Shown here piece by piece: positions 21,052 through 32,499 of a stretch of DNA of 64,000 nt. Source of the DNA: Nostoc sp. Lineage in GTDB: Bacteria; Cyanobacteriota; Cyanobacteriia; Cyanobacteriales; Nostocaceae. The stretch covers positions 64,001 through 128,000 of the forward strand of contig JBALDB010000015.1 in the NCBI GenBank assembly GCA_036918135.1, read 5' to 3'. The notes under the pieces were generated by a model, which ran no database searches, was not told the origin of the DNA, and saw only the letters and a program-made list of their open reading frames with translations. The position numbers were made by a program, and so were the translations under genes. Within the stretch, counting starts at the first letter, position 1; each line of letters opens with the position of its first letter.

Positions 21052-24000
21052 ATGTCTAGAAAAAGTAAGCTAGTCAAGACAATTCAAAAAACCTTCAAAC
21101 AAATTGGCAAAAAGTTTTTATCTGCAATTAACAAGCAAATTATTTGGCTACTGCGGACTATTTTTGGTACTCGAAGAAGACGCAGTTCGGTGAATGCTGG
21201 CTTTGTGTTACCAACAGTAGCAATGGTAATTTTGGTAGTCGTGCTGTTAACAACTGCAATTTTATTTCGGTCTTTTGAGCGCTCTAAAAACGCTAGTAAT
21301 GTGCGGGTGAATGAAGCAACAATGCAGGCGGCTACCCCTGCCTTAGATAGAGCTAAAGCAAAAATCACTGCATTGTTTGCCGATCCCACTCTGCCACGTT
21401 CTGTCCCATCAAACGTAACGTTATACAACACCTTAGCTTTAGCCTCCAAACTTCCAGTCTATACATTGGGTGATGAAACTCCTATAACCCTGACTTACAA
21501 CATTAATCGCAACACTACAATTGAAGCAGCTAGTACGATAGCTTTAGAAAATAGAGAAAATCTAACAACTGCCTGGAAATTTCCTGCTGATACAGATAAT
21601 AACGGTAAATTTGATAGCTTTATTCTCTACGGGATTTACTTCCGCACTCCCCCCCAAACTGGTACAACCCAAACTAGAAAGAGAACACCGCTAGATGCTA
21701 GAACTCCTCCTATGCTGCCAGCTAAAGCAGGCGGAGCTTGTGATGTAGCAGGTGAAACCAGTGCCAGTTTGGTAGGCTCTTCTGGTTGGTATAAACTAGC
21801 AACTGGCGAATTGAAAAAAAGCTTTTTTGTATATACAGCAACAGTTCCCATTAGTAGTATAGGTAGTCTTGATACAACTAAATATGAAGGGTATCGAGGT
21901 AATAAAGGCTTTTCGGCTTTAGAAATGCAACAAGACCGCAGTCAAGTTCCCATTACTAATAATGCTGTAGTTTATGAGGATGATTTAGATATTACACCTG
22001 GTCCTAGATTCCGTTTGAATGGACGCATTTTCACTAACAGTAATTTATTAATGGGTAAAAGTAATCAAGATATTACGCTATTCCAGGTCAGCAGTAGATA
22101 TTCTTGTTATTACGAGCGAGAAAACGGTCAAATAATTGTTGGTGGTAATGTTGCAGGTAGTGGGCCAATAAGTGCCTCAGACACCGGAGCAATTCAAGTA
22201 GATTTATTTAAAGAAAATGGTGTCCCTACCCAAACATCAACTGGAAGCACAAATAAATCTACCTCGAATAATAAACCAAATGAAGTTGCTTATAACAGTC
22301 AAGCCTATGCTCAACGTATCGACTTGTTGGTAAATGCACAACTAGCTCACGCTACAACTACTGACCCCCAAGAGGTGGAAGATAATAGAACCAAGCGAAT
22401 TGCAGCTGACCCCAGCTTAGACTCAGATAAGGTACGTCAAGAAGAACTGCAAACCTACTTCAAAAAACGTACCAGGCGCGTACCATTTAAAGAAGTACCT
22501 TATGGTAGTGATGGTAAAGGTACTTATACTACAGCAAATGTTCTGCAAGACTATAATACTTCAGCAAGAAGTAACGCCCTACGTCCACCAGATAGCTGGA
22601 TATATTCCACGGATACCAATACAACACTGACGCTAAATACATCAGAACTAGCTGCTACAGACCCGGATACCTTAAAAACTTCTCCTGTAATAGAATCACA
22701 GTTAGGCGATCGCATTGTAGTAGGTAACAATTTACCTGAACTCAAATGGGACAGTACAAAAGCAATTTTTGTGGGAGAGGAACAACCCGAATCCATCACT
22801 GGTGTGACGTGGACTGGTAGTACTAAAACTCGGACTCGTACTACTAGCGTTAAACAGTTAGCAGATTTGGGGGTAACTGGACGTGACGGATTCTGGGAAA
22901 TAGCAGCCGCTTCACCCCGCGCTGATGCCCTTGATGTCAATGGTGGACTACGAGTAATTACAGGTGCAGGAGTATATAGAATTACAAATTCTGGACTACC
23001 CTTTCCTCGACCAACTCCAACTGACGATCTAAGCACAACAGACGTACTGGAAAGCCTTGGTACGGTAGTCTGGCCTGATACTATGCCTATGGTTGTGCCC
23101 GATTCGACCGATCCTCTTAACGGTACGCCAAAACGTGGTGATTTGGTAATGCGTGCTACAGCAGTTTATCACTACAACAGTGATTCTTATGCTCCTTTGG
23201 CGGCTACACCAGATGATTACCAAGCACCCATAGGCTGTGTAAGTAGCTACTATGACCCTACAAACAAAGATACTGCAAGAAATACAGGTACACTGCCGGA
23301 TGTGAGCGGTGAAGTAGTTGGTGCTAGACCTGCTGGAGCCAGATCGAATAATGGTGTCGTTTACGCTGTTCCTACTACTACATCTGCTGGTGTAACTAGA
23401 GGACAGACAGTAGATATCAATGGTTTTTTGACTGTTGCAATTAACGCTGATGATGTAACTAACACTAGTGTAACTTTACTAAATCGCTTGAAATATCAAG
23501 CCAACTTGGTATTTCCCAATGGTCGCCTTGTTAATCCTTTACTACGGCAAGCACTGGCCAAACCAACAACCAGCAAACTCACTCTCTCTGAGCAATCAGC
23601 AATTGACTCTACTATTTGTGCGATGGCAATTGCAGATGGCTCTCTGACTCGGGATACTACTCCTGTTATTCCTGATGGCGCAATTAAGGAAACTACATTT
23701 CTTGATGCCAGACAAATTAAGGCTATAGATAAAGGTGCAGCATTAACTGGAAACTACAATCTAGAAGTTGAACAGCGCCAGCCTTTAGAAATTCGTGCCA
23801 CTGTCATAGATTTAAATCTGCTTCGCACGACTTCAATCACTGGTACTTGGTCTAACGAATATCTGTTGCCCAATAGTGGCATTATCTATGCCTCTCGTGA
23901 TGATGCTCAAAAAGATCGCAGTAGTCCAACCAGTGAAAATGTCAGTGCTAGTGATTACTTGCTCGATCCGGAGCGCCGTCCCAACGCCATTATGTTGATT

Positions 24001-25932
24001 AATGGCAGTAACTTAAGTCGCCAGAACAATTACAGAGCAGAAGAAAAAGGCTTGATTTTAGTCACTGAACTGCCAGCCTATGTTAAAGGCAATTTTAATT
24101 TACACACCAAGCAGGAATTTAAAGGGTCTGGTCTTTTACCTGCTCCCAGTGATAGTACTTACGATAGTAAATTTTACACTCGTGCTGTGGCAGATCGCGA
24201 TCCTGACTTTGCTTGTCGGCCTAGTGACTCTAGACTACCAAATTGCACAGCAGGCGAAACTTGGCGATCTGCATCAGTGATTGCAGATGCTGTTACCTTG
24301 CTTTCTGATAACTTCCGTGAAGGTTTCCGCAATGAAGGTGATTACGACTTGCGAAATAACCAAGGTAGCGATGCTGACACTGTACTCAAAAGACTGAAGG
24401 TAGGTTTCTGGAATAACAATTTTGTCACTTCATCTAATTTCTTCACTGCGGCTAATGATGATTCCTACTATAGAGGTACTCCCACTTCTACTGACTCAGT
24501 AAACTATAACAGTTCTTACTTAAATAACTTCGTCACACCTATTCAGCGGCGAGGGACTTTCCCAGAGTATGTGATGGAGATGTGCTTCAAAATACCAGTT
24601 TCGGAATGTGGAACAACTGATTGGTATATTGGTTACGATAGCGATAACAACAATACGATCGCTGCTAGTGAGAGAGGAATACAATCCTATAATCTTCCAG
24701 CGAATGCGGCGCTTGGACAATTAGTAGCTGGTACTACTGCTCAACCAGCAAAAGCTGGTTTTGAACGATTTGCTCGTAGGGTTGCATTCAAACGAAATAA
24801 TCTTGGACAACTGGTTGATGCTTCTAATCTACCTTTCATAACTTTTAATCAAGGTACTCCTGTTGCACTAGGTATAAAAACAGTATCAGGAAGTAAAGTA
24901 GTAGACTATTTTAGCGGCAGCAGCAGACCTGAAACAGCACCCAATGCCCTGTGGTTTGCAATTACAACAAGTACTTCTGCTGCCGCACCAGCATTCAACA
25001 CTAGTGAGATCCAATACAACAATGACAATCGTTTATTTTTCAGGTATCCCCAAGTACCAGGTGCTTCGGCCTCTTCACTGAGGGATTTTCCTGGAAGTAC
25101 GACAACATCGACACCATTCATCAGAGATGGCTTTTTACAGCCCTTATTAGAACCCATATTGCAATTACAGGTAACAACTGCAACACTACCTCAAACTGGA
25201 GGATACGACAGTTTAGCAGGAGATACATCATCCAGTCTTGTTAAAAGTACTAGATGGTTGTCTAAGGCAAGTGAAACAACTTTTAATTTAGTAATTGCGG
25301 CTGGTGACACTCCTGCTCGTGTGAATCCAACTGCGGGTTCAACTCCAACTACCTACGAAATCAATGGTGGTTTGCATAACTTTGTCCGCTTCCTAGAAAA
25401 CTGGGATGGTGTTAATGCTAATATCAACGGTTCATTCATCCAATTTAAACGCAGTATCTATGCTACTGCACCATTCCAAGTTCTTGTGAGACCTGGACCA
25501 ACAACTGTTGCTGCAACCTCTTCTAACCCTTCTCTTCTTTCTTCTACTGCCAATATTAATAGTATCTTTATCAGAGCTCTGAATACTACAACACCTGGTT
25601 ATAGATCGGACAGTACTTTCACTACTAGTGCTGCTGGCGAAGCACCTTATTATATGCCTCCTAACCGTAACTGGGGTTTTGATGTAGCGTTACTGGCGCA
25701 AAATCCTGACTTGTTTGCTCAGCGTTTTGTAATTCCAGCCACAGATCCTCCGAATGAATACTACAGAGAAGTCGGTCGGGATGACCTTTGGGTGCAAACT
25801 CTATTGTGTGCTGTCCAAACTCAAACACGGGATGGGTTTGATGATGCCGATAGTACTTACTTTGGCAATGGTTTCAAATTTGCATTACCTGCAACTGAAC
25901 GTCCTAGTAACTGCAAACTCCAACCATCCTAA
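21052..25932 (+). CDS. hpsA: Hormogonium polysaccharide biosynthesis protein HpsA (large PilX-like minor pilin)
   Basis: Basic leader then GFVLPTVAMV pilin-like helix lacking Glu5; GGLHNFVRFLENW; PPNRNWGFDV; sits upstream of three pseudopilins and glycosyltransferases. Confidence 0.9.
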   Translation: MSRKSKLVKTIQKTFKQIGKKFLSAINKQIIWLLRTIFGTRRRRSSVNAGFVLPTVAMVILVVVLLTTAILFRSFERSKNASNVRVNEATMQAATPALDRAKAKITALFADPTLPRSVPSNVTLYNTLALASKLPVYTLGDETPITLTYNINRNTTIEAASTIALENRENLTTAWKFPADTDNNGKFDSFILYGIYFRTPPQTGTTQTRKRTPLDARTPPMLPAKAGGACDVAGETSASLVGSSGWYKLATGELKKSFFVYTATVPISSIGSLDTTKYEGYRGNKGFSALEMQQDRSQVPITNNAVVYEDDLDITPGPRFRLNGRIFTNSNLLMGKSNQDITLFQVSSRYSCYYERENGQIIVGGNVAGSGPISASDTGAIQVDLFKENGVPTQTSTGSTNKSTSNNKPNEVAYNSQAYAQRIDLLVNAQLAHATTTDPQEVEDNRTKRIAADPSLDSDKVRQEELQTYFKKRTRRVPFKEVPYGSDGKGTYTTANVLQDYNTSARSNALRPPDSWIYSTDTNTTLTLNTSELAATDPDTLKTSPVIESQLGDRIVVGNNLPELKWDSTKAIFVGEEQPESITGVTWTGSTKTRTRTTSVKQLADLGVTGRDGFWEIAAASPRADALDVNGGLRVITGAGVYRITNSGLPFPRPTPTDDLSTTDVLESLGTVVWPDTMPMVVPDSTDPLNGTPKRGDLVMRATAVYHYNSDSYAPLAATPDDYQAPIGCVSSYYDPTNKDTARNTGTLPDVSGEVVGARPAGARSNNGVVYAVPTTTSAGVTRGQTVDINGFLTVAINADDVTNTSVTLLNRLKYQANLVFPNGRLVNPLLRQALAKPTTSKLTLSEQSAIDSTICAMAIADGSLTRDTTPVIPDGAIKETTFLDARQIKAIDKGAALTGNYNLEVEQRQPLEIRATVIDLNLLRTTSITGTWSNEYLLPNSGIIYASRDDAQKDRSSPTSENVSASDYLLDPERRPNAIMLINGSNLSRQNNYRAEEKGLILVTELPAYVKGNFNLHTKQEFKGSGLLPAPSDSTYDSKFYTRAVADRDPDFACRPSDSRLPNCTAGETWRSASVIADAVTLLSDNFREGFRNEGDYDLRNNQGSDADTVLKRLKVGFWNNNFVTSSNFFTAANDDSYYRGTPTSTDSVNYNSSYLNNFVTPIQRRGTFPEYVMEMCFKIPVSECGTTDWYIGYDSDNNNTIAASERGIQSYNLPANAALGQLVAGTTAQPAKAGFERFARRVAFKRNNLGQLVDASNLPFITFNQGTPVALGIKTVSGSKVVDYFSGSSRPETAPNALWFAITTSTSAAAPAFNTSEIQYNNDNRLFFRYPQVPGASASSLRDFPGSTTTSTPFIRDGFLQPLLEPILQLQVTTATLPQTGGYDSLAGDTSSSLVKSTRWLSKASETTFNLVIAAGDTPARVNPTAGSTPTTYEINGGLHNFVRFLENWDGVNANINGSFIQFKRSIYATAPFQVLVRPGPTTVAATSSNPSLLSSTANINSIFIRALNTTTPGYRSDSTFTTSAAGEAPYYMPPNRNWGFDVALLAQNPDLFAQRFVIPATDPPNEYYREVGRDDLWVQTLLCAVQTQTRDGFDDADSTYFGNGFKFALPATERPSNCKLQPS

Positions 25933-26221
25933 AGTATCTCAATGAGAATTTTTACAGCACTTTTCAGGTGAATAAACTACCCTCACGAAACTTAATCCCA
26001 CTCCTTTCTTACCTCTTTCTAACCCTGACCTTTTACGTGGAATAAACCAACGCAAAACCTAACCCTTTAACCCCCTTCTCTATTAACGAAGGGGGAAAAT
26101 CCAAAGCCTCTCTCCTACAAAGACAAAGGAATAGAAGTGAGATTTTAAAAATCCCGCGATTCGAGCGTATTACACTTGCTGACAAATTGCTGTAAGACAT
26201 AGCCCTATTGAGGAACTGACC

Positions 26222-26866
26222 ATGAAGCCACATCAACTACAAGAATCATCTGCCCAGTTTAACGAGTCTGGTTTTACAATCATTGAGTCGTTGGTGGCGA
26301 TCGTCGTGGTTAGCATTTTGCTGGTAGCGATCGCACCTGTCCTAGTTATCTCAACTGCAACTCGTGTGCAAGCTAGAAGGGTAGAATTGGCAACAGAAGC
26401 AGCTAAAGCCCTCGTTAATGGTATTAATTCTAAAATTGTCTCAGACCCTACAATCACCGTTACATTAACTGCCGATCCAACTAGAAGAGTATCCACCTCA
26501 ACCAGTGACTATTTACTCAGTAGTGCAGCAGTTCCTACTGCTAGCAGTAGTTTGTATTGCTTTAACAAAAATGGCAGTCTTGCTAATCCTGGCTGTACCA
26601 GCAATCTGTTTTACATTCAAGCTATTCGGCTAGCAGTCTCAGGTAGTGACCCTGATAGAGGTCAAGGCTATCGTTTGGGAATTCGGGTGTATCGTTCAGA
26701 TGCCCAGTTTGGTTCCCTAACGGCTGCTAGCAGTGGAAAAAAAGCAGCAACATTCACAGGGGGACTGGGCGATCGCAAAGCACCACTACTAGAAATGACA
26801 ACTGAAATTGTCAGGGGTCAAAGCTCCTATAGCGCTTTGTGTAGTCGCCTTGGTGGTTGTCAATAA
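26222..26866 (+). CDS. hpsB: Hormogonium polysaccharide secretion pseudopilin HpsB
   Basis: Prepilin motif G|FTIIESLV, STATRVQARRVELA; directly after hpsA. Confidence 0.85.
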   Translation: MKPHQLQESSAQFNESGFTIIESLVAIVVVSILLVAIAPVLVISTATRVQARRVELATEAAKALVNGINSKIVSDPTITVTLTADPTRRVSTSTSDYLLSSAAVPTASSSLYCFNKNGSLANPGCTSNLFYIQAIRLAVSGSDPDRGQGYRLGIRVYRSDAQFGSLTAASSGKKAATFTGGLGDRKAPLLEMTTEIVRGQSSYSALCSRLGGCQ

Positions 26867-26931
26867 TTAACCCAGCAAACATAAATGATTTTATTACTCA
26901 GTATCCGTCACTCAGGAGAAAGTATCGCAAA

Positions 26932-27900
26932 ATGAATATACTGAGGTGGCTGTTAACTACTCAGCTAAAATCTTCTCACAAGCAGAACAAAAACAGTGGC
27001 TTCACCCTCATTGAATTACTAGTGGCTATGCTCATTGCATTTCTAGTAATTACGCCGTTATTAGGTTTTATGATCGGCGTTTTAAACACTGATCGTCAGG
27101 AACAAGCCAAAGCCAACTCTGAGCAAGAAATTAAAGCAGCGCTTGACTATATCACTCGCGATCTCCAACAAGCACTATATATATACGATGATACGACTTC
27201 CACAGGTATCATTTCCCAAATCCCTACGGTAACAAATGGAGTTCCGGTTTTAATATTTTGGAAACGAGAATTTAGCCAAGACGCTGTTGAGACTAAAAAT
27301 AGTGGGGGTGTGGTTCAATTTAAAGACGATTCTTTTGTGTACTCATTAGTAGCTTACTATTTAATTAAAGATACTAATTCTAACTGGTCTCAAGCTGCGC
27401 GCATTGCCAGATGGGAAATTAAAGATGGCGTTACAGATAGTACTGGTAGTAGCTGTAGTGGATTTGCCACAACCGAAAAATATAGCCGATGTCCAGATAA
27501 AGGTTTTAAGTCTTTTGATTTATCACAAAAGGGCGTAACATTACAAACAAAAATGAATAGTTGGACAAATAGTTTGGCAGCAGGGGTGACTTACGATCAA
27601 AATCCCGTGGTTCTGGTTGATTTTATAGATCAAACAACAACAACACAGGGAGCGCCAGCAGCAACTTGCTCTAGTGGGTTTCAACAATTTCCAGGAACTA
27701 TTACAAGAACAGGCTTCTATACTTGTGTTAGGTCAGTTGATGGAGATAATAGAAGTACTGTTGAAGTTTATTTGAGAGGTAACGCGCAAGCTCGCTTAAT
27801 AAATGATGAAACTAAAGTGCGTTATACCCAGAACAAATTTAGTTATTTTCCGAGTGGAAATATTAAGGTGCAAGGACGCAGCTTCATCTTTACGAAATAG
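26932..27900 (+). CDS. hpsC: Hormogonium polysaccharide secretion pseudopilin HpsC
   Basis: G|FTLIELLVA, ALDYITRDLQQA. ATG 26932 follows AGGAGA (ORF opens at 26857). Confidence 0.85.
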   Translation: MNILRWLLTTQLKSSHKQNKNSGFTLIELLVAMLIAFLVITPLLGFMIGVLNTDRQEQAKANSEQEIKAALDYITRDLQQALYIYDDTTSTGIISQIPTVTNGVPVLIFWKREFSQDAVETKNSGGVVQFKDDSFVYSLVAYYLIKDTNSNWSQAARIARWEIKDGVTDSTGSSCSGFATTEKYSRCPDKGFKSFDLSQKGVTLQTKMNSWTNSLAAGVTYDQNPVVLVDFIDQTTTTQGAPAATCSSGFQQFPGTITRTGFYTCVRSVDGDNRSTVEVYLRGNAQARLINDETKVRYTQNKFSYFPSGNIKVQGRSFIFTK

Positions 27901-27938
27901 CTTCTATCTTTGATAAAGATTAATAAAAGCAGAATAGT

Positions 27939-28652
27939 ATGCAGAATATTCGTAATTTTAGATTTTTAAATTCTTTCCATTTACACAACCAAAAAACAAA
28001 ATTAAAGCAGCAATATTCAGCAAATAAACACTATAGCGATCGCGACAATCAAGAAGATACCGGATTTAGCCTGATAGAATTAATTGTAGTAGTACTGATG
28101 ATCGGAATTTTAGCAGCGATTGTAGCTCCCGGTTGGGTTGCCTTTGTAAATCGGCAGCAGCTAAATAAGGTTAATGATGCTGTTTTAGCTGCACTACAAG
28201 ACGCACAGCGGGAAGCTAAAAAGAAGAAACTTAACTACAGTGTCAGTTTTCAAAAAAATACCACAACCCAAAATATAGAGGTTGCTATTTATCGTACTGA
28301 TGCTGGAATTAGTACATGGAACACACTGGGAAAAGATGTAGGGGCCAATTCTAATAAATTACTGCTAGGCGGAAATCTTAGTGGTGAAAACATTGCTAAT
28401 TCTACTACTAATTCTCCTGTATCTTATCCTTTAAGTACATCAGCAAAAATTACTTTTGATTATATGGGAACTCTGACTCTGCCAAATAACTTTGGAACAG
28501 TGGCAGCAGGTACACAGCCACCTGGGTTAAAAATAGTAGTGGCTGTACCAAATGCTGCAAATTCTGCATCGCCTAGTGGCGTAAAACGATGTGTTATTGT
28601 GAAAACTCTATTAGGTTCAATGGTCACAGGAAAAGACTCTGAATGTAATTAA
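27939..28652 (+). CDS. hpsD: Pseudopilin, HpsD position (FimU/GspH-like)
   Basis: G|FSLIELIVV..ILAAIVAPGW, C-terminal RCVIVKTLLG; name assigned by synteny. Confidence 0.75.
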   Translation: MQNIRNFRFLNSFHLHNQKTKLKQQYSANKHYSDRDNQEDTGFSLIELIVVVLMIGILAAIVAPGWVAFVNRQQLNKVNDAVLAALQDAQREAKKKKLNYSVSFQKNTTTQNIEVAIYRTDAGISTWNTLGKDVGANSNKLLLGGNLSGENIANSTTNSPVSYPLSTSAKITFDYMGTLTLPNNFGTVAAGTQPPGLKIVVAVPNAANSASPSGVKRCVIVKTLLGSMVTGKDSECN

Positions 28653-28825
28653 GTAATTTTTATATCAATAATTTATAAAAATACGAAATAATACTGAGCA
28701 AAAAACTGTACATTTATAGCAAAATTGAAGTATTAGGTGCAGTTTTATTGTTTGATAGATTTCTTGATTATTCAAGAACAAATTAGCCATTAGCTGAGCA
28801 AATATCAAAATATAACTTTTACCAA

Positions 28826-29800
28826 ATGACTGATTGCTTAGATTTTACAGTAGCTATCCCAACTTATAATGGTGAAAGTCGTTTGCCTGAACTACTAGAA
28901 CGACTAAAAAATCAACTTCAGACAGAAAATTTATCTTGGGAAATTATCGTTGTAGATAATAACAGCACTGATAATACAGCTAAACTTATTCAAACCTATC
29001 AACGAAATTGGCAATGTACTTACCCTTTAAAGTATTGCTTTGAAGCCAAACAAGGTGCAGCTTATGCCCGAAAAAAAGCAGTAGCAGAAGCTAAAGGTAA
29101 ATTGATAGGTTTTTTAGATGATGATAATTACCCAATACCAAATTGGGTAGCCGCAGCTTATAGTTTTGCCCAAAAGTATCCAAAAGTAGGAGCTTATGGT
29201 AGCCAGATTCATCCTGACTGGGAAGTAGAACCACCTGAAAACTTTCAGCGAATCGCTGCATTCTTAGCAATTACAGAACGAGGAAATTTACCTCTATTAT
29301 ATCAACCTAAAAATAGATTACTACCTCCTTCTGCCGGACTTGTTATCCGTAAACAAGCTTGGATAGAAAGTGTACCAGATAAGTCTATTTTAACTGGTAG
29401 AGTCAAAGGTAACATGCTTACCAGTGAAGACTTAGAAATGTTGTCTTATATTCAAAAAGCAGGATGGGAAATTTGGTATAACCCAGAAATGGAAATTTAC
29501 CACAAAATACCAAGCTCACGATTACAAAAAGATTATTTAGTTCCATTTTTTAAAGGAATTGGACTTAGCCGTTATGTAACTCGAATGGTAAATATACAAC
29601 CTTGGTATAGACCAATCGCTTTTTTAGCTTATACGCTCAACGATTTGCGTAAAATTACTTTTCATTTATTGAGATATCGAACTAAGTTAAAACAGGATCT
29701 GGTAGCTGCTTGCGAAATGCAACTTTTTTTAAGTAGTTTAATAAGTCCGTTTTATCTTTGGAAAAATGGTTATTTTAGAAAAAAACTAGTAAAGCATTAA
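28826..29800 (+). CDS. hpsE: GT2 glycosyltransferase HpsE
   Basis: VAIPTYNG, VVDNNSTD, FLDDDN, SEDLE; position in the hps locus. Confidence 0.85.
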   Translation: MTDCLDFTVAIPTYNGESRLPELLERLKNQLQTENLSWEIIVVDNNSTDNTAKLIQTYQRNWQCTYPLKYCFEAKQGAAYARKKAVAEAKGKLIGFLDDDNYPIPNWVAAAYSFAQKYPKVGAYGSQIHPDWEVEPPENFQRIAAFLAITERGNLPLLYQPKNRLLPPSAGLVIRKQAWIESVPDKSILTGRVKGNMLTSEDLEMLSYIQKAGWEIWYNPEMEIYHKIPSSRLQKDYLVPFFKGIGLSRYVTRMVNIQPWYRPIAFLAYTLNDLRKITFHLLRYRTKLKQDLVAACEMQLFLSSLISPFYLWKNGYFRKKLVKH

Positions 29801-29805
29801 GTATT

Positions 29806-30795
29806 ATGAATGAATTAAAAATTGCAAGTTTAGATATTACTGTAGCCATTCCTACCTATAACGGAGCAACCCGCTTACCTAAGATTTTGGATAAGTTGTT
29901 AACTCAGATAGGAGTAGAAAACCTTAATTGGGAAATTGTTATTGTCGATAATAATAGTTCTGATAACACTTTTCAAATAATTCAGAATTATCAAAAACTA
30001 TATGATAACTGTCATTTAAAATACCTTTTTGAAAAAGAACAGGGAGCCGCTTTTGCACGACTACAGGCAGTACGCGAAGCAAGAGGTGAACTAATTGCGT
30101 TTTTAGATGATGACAACTTACCTGCACCTGATTGGTTAGCAGAAGCATATAATTTTGGATTGCAACATCCTCAAGCAGGTGTTTGGAGTGGACAAATTCA
30201 TGGTGATTTTGAAGTAAAACCGCCAGAAAATTTTGAAAAAATTCAAGCTTTTTTAGCTATCAGAGAACATGGTTCAAATCCACATTTATTTGATGCAGAG
30301 AATTTAAGACTTCCCCCTGGGGCAGCACTTGTTGTTCGGAAACAAGCATGGTGTGAAAATGTACCAGAACGACCTATTTTAAGTGGAAAGCTCCCTGGTA
30401 TTTTGGTGCAAGGTGAAGACTATGAACCATTACTTCATATACATTATGCAGGCTGGCAAATTTGGTATAACCCTACGATGCATACTTACCATCAAATACC
30501 ACACTGGCGATTTGAAAGAGATTACCTATTAAATTTGGCACGCGGTTGTGGCTTGTGTATTTTTCAATTACGGTTAATAAATACTAAAAATTGGCAAAAA
30601 CCAATAGTCTTTGTAAAAACTGTTTTAGGAAATTTACGTAGAGTATTACAGTATTTAATTCAGTATAAAGGACAATTAAAAAGTAATCTGATTATCCTGT
30701 TTGAAATAGAATTTTATTTGGCTAGTATGATGAGTCCTTTTTATTACTTTAAATGTAATATAAAAAAAAATTTAAAAAATAAAGTAGCTATATAA
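29806..30795 (+). CDS. hpsF: GT2 glycosyltransferase, HpsE paralogue (HpsF position)
   Basis: Same motifs as the preceding gene (VAIPTYNG, FLDDDN, GEDYE); name assigned by synteny. Confidence 0.75.
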   Translation: MNELKIASLDITVAIPTYNGATRLPKILDKLLTQIGVENLNWEIVIVDNNSSDNTFQIIQNYQKLYDNCHLKYLFEKEQGAAFARLQAVREARGELIAFLDDDNLPAPDWLAEAYNFGLQHPQAGVWSGQIHGDFEVKPPENFEKIQAFLAIREHGSNPHLFDAENLRLPPGAALVVRKQAWCENVPERPILSGKLPGILVQGEDYEPLLHIHYAGWQIWYNPTMHTYHQIPHWRFERDYLLNLARGCGLCIFQLRLINTKNWQKPIVFVKTVLGNLRRVLQYLIQYKGQLKSNLIILFEIEFYLASMMSPFYYFKCNIKKNLKNKVAI

Positions 30796-30796
30796 G

Positions 30797-31852
30797 ATGA
30801 TTAATCTTAGTTACAAATTGCCTAAAATTTCTGTAATTATACCTGCGTATAATAGTGAAAGCACTATTAGTCATACAATTAATTCTGTTCTAAATCAAAC
30901 TTTTACTGACCTAGAATTAATTGTAATTAATGATGGTTCACAAGACTCAACTTTAGAGATTGTTAAGCAAATTAAAGACCCACGAATCAAAGTATTTACT
31001 TATCCCAACGCTGGCGGAAATGTTAGTCGTAACAGAGGACTAAATATTGCAGTTGGAGAATTTGTTAGTTTCTTAGATGCTGATGATATTTGGACATTTG
31101 AGAAACTAGAATCTCAATTAAAAGCTCTGCAAGAAAATTTGACTGCTAAAGTTGCTTATAGTTGGAGTGATTATATTAATGCGAATGGGAAATTTGTCCT
31201 TTCAGGAAAGCGGATTAATGTAAATGGAGATGTTTATGAAAATTTATTGATAAGTAACTTTCTAGAGAATGGCTCTAATCCTTTAATTTGTAGAAAAGCT
31301 TTAATTACATTAGGCGGATTTGATGAATCTCTAACAGCGGCTCAGGATTGGGATATGTGGCTGCGATTAGCATCTAAATTTGATTTTATATGTGTACCAT
31401 CTGTACAAATATTATACCGAATTAGTGCTAATTCAGTTTCATCCAATCTTATTAGGCAGGAAAAAGCCTGCTTGCAACTACTTAAGAGAGCATATCAAGA
31501 AAGACCTTCAGCACTTAACCAAAGTTGGAACACAAGCATTGCAAATTTATACAAATATCTCACTTGCAAAGCGTTACAAAAACCATTAAATCGACAAAAA
31601 GGTTTAACTGCTGCTAAATTTCTATGGAAGTATTTTCTGAACGATTCTTCAAGATATCAGAATATATATTTTAGCTTAAAACTATTATTGAAAATTGCTA
31701 TAATCATGATTTTGCCTACCTTGCTATACACTATTACTTCCCAGCGTGAAATAAAAAATCAAGAAAGTGAAATTTTACTAAACAATTGGGTAGCTGAAAA
31801 AAGATTAGAAAATAAAAATGAATACCCAGGTGCATTTACCGTTTCTAGTTAA
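30797..31852 (+). CDS. hpsG: GT2 glycosyltransferase (HpsG position)
   Basis: ISVIIPAYN, INDGSQD, FLDADDIW, QDWDMWLRL; name assigned by synteny. Confidence 0.75.
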   Translation: MINLSYKLPKISVIIPAYNSESTISHTINSVLNQTFTDLELIVINDGSQDSTLEIVKQIKDPRIKVFTYPNAGGNVSRNRGLNIAVGEFVSFLDADDIWTFEKLESQLKALQENLTAKVAYSWSDYINANGKFVLSGKRINVNGDVYENLLISNFLENGSNPLICRKALITLGGFDESLTAAQDWDMWLRLASKFDFICVPSVQILYRISANSVSSNLIRQEKACLQLLKRAYQERPSALNQSWNTSIANLYKYLTCKALQKPLNRQKGLTAAKFLWKYFLNDSSRYQNIYFSLKLLLKIAIIMILPTLLYTITSQREIKNQESEILLNNWVAEKRLENKNEYPGAFTVSS

Positions 31853-32474
31853 TGCAAAAAATCTCTGGACTAATAGCTATAGTAATGGTTTTACTCTACC
31901 AGAAACTTTAGTAATTGTTGTATTAATTGGTATCTTAGCCACGCTGGGAATATCAAACTGGATGGCTTTTGTAGCGACTTGCCGCCTTAACACTGCCCAA
32001 AACGAAGTTTACTATGCGATGCGCCAAGCCCAAAGGCAAGCTATCAAAGAAAAATTAACTTGGCAAGCTAGTTTTCGCATACAAAATGGTGTTATGCAAT
32101 GGACAGTTCATCAAGCACAAGCAACGCAATTCATTCCCGCTCATATTAAAAACAATAGTAATCTCTGGCACAATCTTGAGTCAAACATTGGTATTGATGA
32201 AGAAGAAAATAATAAAGGAAAAAAAGAAACAACTTTACTAAAACACACTTCACAGGGAGTGTGGCGAGTTATATTTAACTATCAAGGTTGTCCTATATAT
32301 GAAGTTGGAGATGAATGTATTAACACATCGCTGAGAACACTTGGACAAATAACACTATACAGCCAAAATGCTCCAAAAGTTAAACGTTGCGTCTATGTAT
32401 CTACGATTTTGGGGGCAATAAAAACTGGAAAAGATCATCTTAGAGCGAATGACAACGATAAATATTGCTATTAA
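31818..32474 (+). CDS. hpsH: Pseudopilin (HpsH position)
   Basis: G|FTLPETLVIVVLIGILA, C-terminal KRCVYVSTILG similar to the HpsD-position protein. Confidence 0.7.
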   Translation: MNTQVHLPFLVNAKNLWTNSYSNGFTLPETLVIVVLIGILATLGISNWMAFVATCRLNTAQNEVYYAMRQAQRQAIKEKLTWQASFRIQNGVMQWTVHQAQATQFIPAHIKNNSNLWHNLESNIGIDEEENNKGKKETTLLKHTSQGVWRVIFNYQGCPIYEVGDECINTSLRTLGQITLYSQNAPKVKRCVYVSTILGAIKTGKDHLRANDNDKYCY

Positions 32475-32499
32475 GATATTTTTAGTTTATTCAAATATT

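Noticed and set aside
22551..23036. 161-aa antisense ORF, and the many other short ORFs overlapping long genes
   Set aside because: Antisense or alternative-frame shadows of hpsA, metH, pilQ, ftsY, guaA and others; no independent support.
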